From the human T2T-CHM13v2.0 reference genome, Homo sapiens: a stretch of 64,000 bases of DNA. The stretch's first letter is position 1. Every line of letters starts with the position of its first letter. The stretch lies in NCBI RefSeq assembly GCF_009914755.1, contig NC_060947.1. The stretch is one strand, 5' to 3'. Shown here in pieces: positions 54,451-64,000 of the stretch. The notes under the pieces are model-generated. The model was given only the letters and a program-made list of their open reading frames with translations. It did no database searches and was not told where the DNA came from. The translations under genes were made by a program, and so were the position numbers.

Positions 54451-56801
54451 CCCACTGGGCACGCCTTCCCCTGAGGGATGGCCCATGGCTGCTGTGGACT
54501 GGACTTCCACCCCTACGGTCCTCCAGCTCCTCATCCTGGGGAAGGACAGAAGGACCTGGGAGTGGAGTGGGGAGCAGCTACTGACCCTGCCCTGAGAGGT
54601 GGAGGCCATGTGGCTGTGGCCTAGGACCTTGTACCTGGACTCCTTCCAGCCACCCTTCTCCTTTGGGAGAAATGGCCATCACCCTGGAAGTGGGGCCCAG
54701 GCTCCCTCCCATGCCCTGTGTGCTTCCAACACGCCCAGCTGCATCCCAGGCATTCCTGCTGTGCGTCCCGTGCACCCACCACATCACAAGACCTGCTTCC
54801 TTATCTCTGTGGGATTCTGCCCCTTCCTCCTTAGCTCACCGTTGAGTCACTTAGGGTGCCTATGGGGTGGCAGGTGCCGTCCTGCCCTCATCTCCCCTGT
54901 TGCATCAGGTACCCGTGTGGGGCCACTCCACCCCGCATGCGTCCATTTCCTGTCCATTCACCTCTGGGCAGGGCTGTTGTGAAAGAGGGCTGCTCTATTG
55001 TTGTGGCTAGGGCTGTTGTGAAAGAGGGCCGCTCTGACTTTGATTAAATGTTGTGGTTACCTGTAGACATGCTGCTTTCATTTCCCCTATTCCATCACCT
55101 ACCTCTGTGGGGCTAATCTACAAAAAATCCGCTTAGTTCTCTGTCTATGGACATGTCAGTTCTTTCCAGTGTCAGTCCCTTCTAAGCAAGGATGCTATGA
55201 AGAGTGAGATGTCTGGCATACGTGCCAAAGGTTTACACGGTTATCAGAGAGTGGAATTCCTGGATCATAGACTCAGGGAATATTCCCCAGTGCTCAATTG
55301 TTTCCAAGAGGCATCCCCCACCAGAAGAGTGTGTTCCCACTGTTACACAGACTCGCTGGTGGAATAGGCCTTTTGCTTAATGCTGTCATTCTAGTGGGTG
55401 TGAAATGGCATGGATTTGGGATCTTGCATTTCTCCAGTTACTAATAAGACTGGGTTCTTTTTCTCGGCTGTTTGCATATCCTTTTACAGTACAATATCCA
55501 TGTTGGTGAATTAACCATTTTTCACTTTAATAAGATGTTTTTCTTCCATTTCTTATATATTGTGAGGCTAAGCTTTATAACTGTGTTTACCTGTGCCTTT
55601 TGTAATAAATTTATCTTTTCTCTGAAGTCATAAAAATTTCCCCTCTATTTTCTAATAAAGATTGTGAGATTTAATTTTTCATGTTCTTTTTAACCTTTAA
55701 GTTCAGAGGTATATGTGCAGGTTTGTTATAGGGTAAACTTGTGTCATGGGGCTTTGTTGTACAGATTATTTCATCACCCACTTATTAAGCTTAGTACCCA
55801 TTAGTTATTTTTCCTGACTTACCTACAATTGATTTTTGTGCCTGATGTCAGGTGGAGAACCAATTCCTTTTTTTCCTTCCCGTGCAGAAATTCGGTTTTC
55901 TTGTCCTCATTAGTTGAAGAGCATACACTTTCCCCATTATCAGCTTATTTACTGCAAAGTCCCTCTTTGTTCCTGCTGATTTGAAATGCTACCTTTATCA
56001 TACTCCCAATTTGCAAATATTACTGGGTCGTCTTATCACTTTCTAGAATGTTGCCTTGGTCTGTCTCTCTATTCCCATGCCAGTGAATACCACAGTGTTT
56101 TAATTATGGAGGCTGGGTGTATACTGTAATGTGTTTGGGGCCAGTTTTCCCATATAGCTCTTCCTTTCCCGTGACTTTGTAGCTATTCTTGCCTTTTGAA
56201 ATGGGCATTATGATACCATCTTCTTCTCTCCAGGAAAAAGGGAATGGTGTTGGTATTTTTATGGAATTGTATTAAACTTATAAACTCACTTAGGGAGAAC
56301 CAACATCTTGATGATGCCGTAATGTCCTAACACTGAACAAACGATTTCTACCCACTTGCCCAAGTCTGCTTTTGTGTCTTTTTAAAAGGCACCGTATAGT
56401 GCTTTCAATATGTCTTAATTTTATGCCTAAATATTTTCATCATTTTTGTTGCTTTTGTAAATGATTGTTTTATTTGTAATTGTATCCCCTACCTGGTTAT
56501 GTTTTGGTGGGCGTGGAGCCTTTTGATCTGAGCAGTAGCTCTCAAGAGTAGGCTTTGGTTTGGAGAAAGTGCCTATGAAACAGTCTGTGCCTGGTGGTCT
56601 CATATGGGAGATTTCCTTCGTAAGGCTATTTCCTCTGTACAAATGTTCTTTTATCCTTTTGGGCGCTATTGGGGTCAATTATATAGTGAGTGTATTTTCA
56701 CAAGAAATTACATAGTTCATATAGTTTTACAAGGTTATCGGCATAGAGATGTGTAAAGAGGCCCCTCTGATTTTTAAAAATTTCCTCTTTATTGTTATTT
56801 A

Positions 56802-59222
56802 CAGGCATACCTCAAAGATATTGTGGGTTTAGTTCCAGACCATCACAATAAAGCAAGTGACATGAATTTTTTGGTGTTTCTTGCATGTAAAAGTTAAGTT
56901 TACAGTATATTATAGTCTATTAGATGTGCAATAGCACTATGGCAAAAATATATACATACCTTAACTTAAAAAGAGTTTATTATAACAAATGCTCAATATC
57001 ACCTGAGCCGTCAGTGAGTCATACACTCTTAGCTGGTGTGAAGTGTTGCCTCAATGTTCATGGCTGCTGAGTGATCGGTGGGGTGGTTGGTGAAAGTTGG
57101 GGTGGCTGTGGCAATTTCTTAAAATTAGACATCAATGAAGTTTGACACATAGATTGACTCTTCTTTTCATGAAACCTGTCTCCATAGCATACGATGCTGT
57201 TTATAGCATTTTACTCACCCACAGTTGAATATCCTTCAAAGTTGTAACGAACCCTCTTAAACCCTGCCACTGCTGTATCAACTAAGTTTATGCAATACTC
57301 TAAATCCCGTACTGTCATTTCAACTACTACTACGTTCACAGCATCTTCTCCAGGAATGGATTCCATTCCATTTCAAGAAATCACTTTCTTTGTTCTTCCG
57401 TAAGAAGCAACTCCTTGTCCCTTCCAGTTTGATCATGAGATTGCAGTGATTCAGTTTCTTCTTCAGGCTCCACTACTCTTTCTGGTTCTCTTGCTATTTC
57501 CATCACATCTGCAGGTACTTCCCCCACTGACATTGTGAACCCCTCAAAGTGATTTGTGAGGGTTGGAATCAACTTCATCCTTTAATGTTGATATTTTGAC
57601 TTCCTCCCATGAATCACGAATGTTCTTAGTGGCATGCAGAAAGGGGAATCATTTCCAGAAGGTTTTCAATTTCCTTTTTTCAGATCCTTCAGAGGAATCA
57701 CTATCTATAGCAGCTACAGCCTTATGGAATCTGTTTGCTAAACAGGAAGACTTGAAAGTTAAAATCATTTCTTGATCCATGGGCTGCAGAGTGAATGTTT
57801 CATGCATGCTAGCAGGCATAAAATTAAAAAAAAAAAAAACCTCCTTGTACATCTTCATGACAGCTCTTGAGTGACCAGACACACTGTGAATGAGTGGTAA
57901 TATTTGGAAGGGAATCTTTTTATTTCTGAGCAGTAGGTCTCAAGAGTGGGCTTAAAATCTTCAGTAAGTCACGATGTAAACAGATGTGCTGTCGTCCAGG
58001 CTTTGTTGTTTCATTTCTAGAGCACAGGCAGAGTAGCTTTAGCATCATTCTTAAAGGCCCTAGGATTTTCAAAGCGATAAATTAGCATCGGCTTCAACTT
58101 ACAGTCACCAGCTGCATTAGCCCCCTAACAAGAGAGTCAGCCTGTCCTTTGAAAGTTTGGAGCCAGGCATTGACTTCTCCTCTCTACCTACAAAAGTCCT
58201 AGATGGTATCTTCTTCCAGTAGAAGGCCGTTTCATCTAGAAGGAAAACCTGTCGTGAGCACAGCCACCTTCACCCATGATCTCAGCTAGATCTTCTGGAG
58301 AACTTCCTGCAGTGCCTCCATCAGCACTTGATGATCCATCTTGCACTTTTATGTGATGGAGATGGCCTCTCTCCTTACACTCCATGAACCAGTATCTGCT
58401 AGCTTCTCCTTTTTTTTGTTTTTGTTTTTTGTCTTGTTTTGTTTTGTTTTTTGTTTTTTGTCTTTTTTCTGCAGCTTCCTCATCTCTCTCGGCCTCAGAG
58501 AAGTGAGGAAAGATAGGGCTGTGCTCTGGATTAGGCCTTGGCTTAAGGGCATCTGGTGGCTGGTTTGATGATATGTCCACTAAAACTCTCTGCATATCAG
58601 CACGAAATCTGTTTCGCTTCCTTATCATTCATGTGTTCGCCGGAGTGGCACTTTTCATTTCTTTCACCACCTGGCTAAGACTTTGGCACAGGTGGTCTAG
58701 TTTGGGGCCTATCTCAGCTTGCAACGTGCCCTCCTCACTGAGCTTAATAATTTCTCCCTTTTGATTTAAAGTGAGAGATCTGCAATTCCTCCTTTCACTT
58801 GAACCTTTAGAGGCCATCGTAGGGTTATTATTTGGCCTAATTTCAATTCTGTCGTGTCACAGGGAGTAGAGAGACCAGAGCAGAGTGAGAGAGATGGGGA
58901 GAGGCCAGTCAGTGGAGCAGTCAAAACACACACAACATTGATTGATTAAGCTTGCTTCTTCTAGGGTGCATTTTGTGGCTTCCCAATGTGATTACAATAG
59001 CAAAATCAAAGAGCACTGATCACGGATCACCAAAACAGATATAGTCCTACTGAAAATTTGAGATGTTGTAAGAATTACCAAAATGTGACACAGAGACACG
59101 AGGTGAGCACATGCTGTGAAAAATGGTGCCCACGGATTATTCAAATCAGGGTCATTAGGAACCTTCCAAAACAAGCTGCATCTGCAAAGTGCAATAAAGC
59201 ACAATCAAACAAAGTATGCTGG
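56802..59222 (-). mobile_element. Tigger1, paralogue of 1621-3953
   Basis: Same TIR, same flanking insertion site, [20 protein letters not shown]. Confidence 0.92.
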
Positions 59223-59257
59223 TAGTTGTGTGTCTCCTGTGCAAACATCTATCTATC

Positions 59258-59301
<44 letters not shown>

Positions 59302-62300
59302 CTATGCCTATCTATCTAGCTATCTATCTACCTGCCTACCTATCTACCTGTCTGTGTACCTATTATATATATACAGAAACACTATCTCTGCATCTTTGAT
59401 TCAGTTAGCTACTGCTTCATCTGCCTCATTGATTTAAAAAGACACTCTTCAATATTTGTGTCTCCTATTTCTGTTTCTCCCTCATTAATGTCTGCTTTAT
59501 ATATTAACATTATTACTTGTTCGTGCTTTCTTTTAACTTTGTTTTATGTCTAGCCCTTGAGCTAGAAATGTCACTGATTCATTTTTATACTCCCATTGTC
59601 ATGGTTATGAGTATTCAAAGCGGTCTACTTTTCTCTGATCACCTCTTTAAATATATGTCATAGATTCAAATCTATAGGGTTTATTATAATTTATCAGAAA
59701 GTAGATAATTCCTCCTCATATCTAGGCCGGCACCCAGTAGTTCTTTAACAGTTGATTTTTATGAGTTCTGGGGCACGTGAGCTTATTTACAGCTTTTAGT
59801 TGTATTGTACTACGACCACAGCAGTAGTTTGTGATATCTCTATATGTGGAGCTTACTAATGTTTTCTTCGTGACCTCACATATGATCAATTTCTGTAAAT
59901 GTTCTTTGTAAACCTGAGAAGGTATATTTTCCAGTATCATGTTGTAGTTTCAATACATGTACATTAGTTCTACCTTTTCAAATATGTTTAAAGTGTTACA
60001 GTGGGCTGTGTGCAGTGGCTCACCCTTGTAGTCCCAGCACTTTGCGGGGCTGAGATGGGAGGATCACTTAAGCCCAGGAGCTCAAGACCAGACTTAGTAC
60101 CACAGAGAGATCCTGTTTCTACCAAAAATAAGAAGATTAGCTAGGCATGACGGCATGTCCTGGTAGTCCCAGTGACTCAGGAGGCTGAGACAGGAGGATC
60201 ATGTGAGTCTGGGAAATCAAGGCTTCTGTGAGTCATGAACCCACAGTGGCAGTGACACTGGGAAATCAGAGCCAGACTCTGTCTCAAACAGAAACAAACA
60301 AATCTCATGTACCCCATAAATATATACACCTACTATGTATACATAAAAATTTTAAAGCTAAAATTAAAAAAATTTTTTATGTTACACTGTTATTCCTTTT
60401 TAACCATTTAACTGGTTGTGGCAAATTGCATTTTCTGAAGATGGTCACAGTACCACCTTCTTTCCCACAAGCTCTTCTTTCCATGTGACCTGGGGCCCTG
60501 CTCCTATCAAGGAGTGCAGCCTATATGTCCTTCTCTTGGACTCAGGCAGTGTATGAAGCTGCTGAGTGTGAGAGAGGACCACACAAGTGAGGATTTCTGT
60601 CTGTGGAGACTAGGACACAAAAATGCCATGAAATCCCACCTTGCTCCTTCAGGACACTTGATCTGGGAACCCACCCATTATGCTTTGAGGAAGCTCAAGC
60701 AGCCCGTGGAGAAACCCGTGGAGAGCATCAGAGGCTCCCAGCCTCAGCTAAGTTTCCAGCTAATAACCAGCTGCAGCTTGCCAGCCATGAGAGCAAGCCA
60801 TCTTTGAACGTGGATCCTCCAGTCTCCACTTGAGCAACACTAAGTCGCATCCTTGGGTCACAGATGACTCACCTCCATTAAGCCCCCAAAAAACTACATG
60901 ATGATTTTTATTTTCAGCCACAGAGGAAATCCTCCCCTTTAACCAGAGCTCTATTTCCCCCCAAGTCCCCTTAGGAGAGCTTCATGACAGCTGCCAGCTT
61001 TCTCCCAGTATCTCTCTTACTTGCTCACTCCCCATTCCATCTCTCTACATTTCCTCCTTCCGTTACCTGACTCTTCTGTTTTGGGTTCCCTATCTCTGTC
61101 TTATAGGAGCATCACTTTCTCTCTCTTCTCTGCTCTACTCACCCTTCAGGTTTGCTCCTTCCACTCCCAACTCCCTGTCACACGCACCATTTGTCTCCCT
61201 TGCTGGTTTTGTGACAGAACAATTCAGACGAAATCCCCCAAAACTTCTGCCATCAAACCTACAAGCTACCTGCATCTGTGCCCTGTCTCTCCCTCTGTTA
61301 GAGGAGGAAAGACGTCCCTGCCCCTGTGTTCTAGGTTCCATGGCCTCCTGTCTTCCAGAAACCTCGTGTTATCCATTAGTTTATCCATTATCTTTCTCCT
61401 CCCTCTATCTTCTGCATGTCTTTCTCTTGCCATCCTTCTTATTCCCATTTGCGCATACTCGAATCTCCTTCAACTTGAAAATCCCTGGGCCTTATTCACC
61501 ACCAATGTAATTCCCACCACTCTCTTACTCTTTGTGTCAAAGTTTCCAAAGGATTATCTCTGCTTGGTGCCTCTATTGCCTCATCTCTCACATTTTCTGT
61601 AATCCACTAGAAACCAACGTGGGCCCGCACATCTCTTCTAAAAGGATTCTCCCTCAAAAGTCACTGGTGACCTCCATGTGACTAGATCTAATGCACATTC
61701 TCTGGCACTCATCTCAGTTGATTCTCAGCTGCGGTCAACACTGTTGAGCACTCTCCTCTTTTTCTCAGTGCCCTCCTTTTGTCTTCCTTTGTCTTCCATA
61801 ACAACACATTCTCCTGTTATTCTCTTCATCTTGGCCACGTCTCAATATCTTTTCTAGCAGCACCTTCTCCACGGGGCCCTTTCAAGATGGAATTTCCAGG
61901 GATTTGGGTCTTGCTCAATTCTCTTCCAGCTGTATACTCTTTCTCTATTTATTTTCATATATGGCCATAACTACCATTACCATTGAAATCAAAGTTTCTC
62001 AAAGTGTGACTTGTGGACCAGCCTGTATCAGGGTCACAGTGAAAGGGATTTGGGAAAGTTTGGATTTCATGGCCCTCTTCAGGCCTACCAAATGAACTCT
62101 CTCTGTGGGAGGGAATGTGAAATCTGCATTGGAAATAAGTTATCCAGGTTGTTCTCATACCCACACACTATGCGTCAGGGACTGCCTGGCTGACATTAAC
62201 AATGGCAGCTCAACGCCTCCATCTGGTGGCTTTTGGACACCATCGTCTTCTTTTTGCAAATACAGTCCATGGAGATTACGAAACTATTGAAAATGTGAAA

Positions 62301-62811
62301 AATGAGAAAGAAGTAAAAAAACAGGATATGAATGGAGTCTCTACTCCACAAATAATCAAGACTGAATTACATCATTTTATGGCATGTCTAGCACAAAGTA
62401 GAACTTGTCTATATTACAGTTTTGAGAGTAAATCCAATGGACACATTTCCATTTTCATCTAAGGGCAGGAAAACACAGGTATTGGATGACTCCCCCTCTA
62501 CAGATCATTACACCAAGTTTCTAACTCCTAAGAATGCTGCATTTAATGAATTTGTAAACTTAGTCTTCCAGAAGTTAGCTAATAAAGAACCCTCTGCTTT
62601 CCACTAATAAATTAATATGGGTTTTGATTCCCATTTCTCCGATGATTAGTGATGTGAATCACTTTTTTCATACACCTGTGGGACATTGGTATGTCTTCTT
62701 TTGGGAAATGTCAATTCAGTTCCTTGGCCCACTTTTTAAGGGGCTCCTTTTTCTCCTGTCGAGTCGTTTGAGTTCCTCGTATGTTCTGGATATCAGTCAC
62801 CTGTCGGGTGA

Positions 62812-63383
<572 letters not shown>

Positions 63384-64000
63384 CAGCTCTTTTATGTAAC
63401 TCCTTAATCTATTTGCGTTCATTTTTGTATACGGTGAGAGACACAGGCCTAATTTCACTAACCACCACAGAAATGCAAACCAAAACCGCAATGACATATC
63501 ATCTTTCCTCAGTCAGAATGGCCACTATTTAAAAAGACACAAAATAACAGAGGTTGGCAAGAATAAGAAGCAAAGGCAAATCTTACAGCCTGTTGGTGAG
63601 AGTGTAAACTACTACAGCCACCGTGGAAAAGAGTATGGCGACTTCTCAACAAAACTGAAAACAGAACTACCATTCGATGCAGCAATCCCATGACTGGGTA
63701 TCTACCAAAAGGAAAAGAAATCAATATATTAAAAAAATACCTGCTCTTGCATGTTTACTATATAGCACTATTCACAATAGCAAAGACGTGGAATCAACTT
63801 CAGTGTGCATCAACAGATGAATGGTTTTTTAACAAGATGGTGTATATATGTATACATATATCTAGGTGTATTTGTGTGTGTGTGTGTGTGTGGAACACAA
63901 ATTATTCCTTTAAAAAGAAGAATGAAATCATGTTATTTGCAGCCGCATGGACGGAACTAGAGGCCATTATCGTCAGTGAAATAAAGTAGGCATAAAAAGA

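Noticed and set aside
61021-61602. 193-aa hydrophobic ORF
   Set aside because: L2-derived pyrimidine-rich sequence; the frame is broken in paralogous copy A.

Overview
Human-type (primate) Xq28 DNA, repeat-rich. It contains one intact protein-coding gene, MAGEA1 (minus strand, 3 exons, 309-aa CDS in the last exon), which sits in a tandem array of ~0.6-0.7 kb promoter/exon-1 units. Reading across introns by hand shows three decayed genes that the ORF track misses. (1) An intron-containing SYCP3/XLR (Cor1-family) gene on the minus strand at ~44.7-54.4 kb. It has at least 6 recognisable coding exons and is broken by an exonic AluS insertion, stop codons and an apparently missing exon. (2) Tail-to-tail with it, on the plus strand, are remnants of CHPT1 exons at 39.3-39.8 kb plus the overlapping last exon at 45.0 kb. 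Together these suggest the whole autosomal CHPT1-SYCP3 locus was copied to X at the DNA level. (3) A CSAG/TRAG-3-like pseudogene (36.6-37.3 kb) divergent from MAGEA1, with the MLT2-LTR-derived CSAG2/3 N-terminal segment lying separately at 30.0 kb. Both window ends (1-8.5 kb and 55.8-64 kb) are diverged direct copies of one block (L1/Tigger1/AluJ/L2/L1). Family assignments use reference protein sequences recalled from memory, and repeat subfamily names and edges are by eye. All should be confirmed by alignment.
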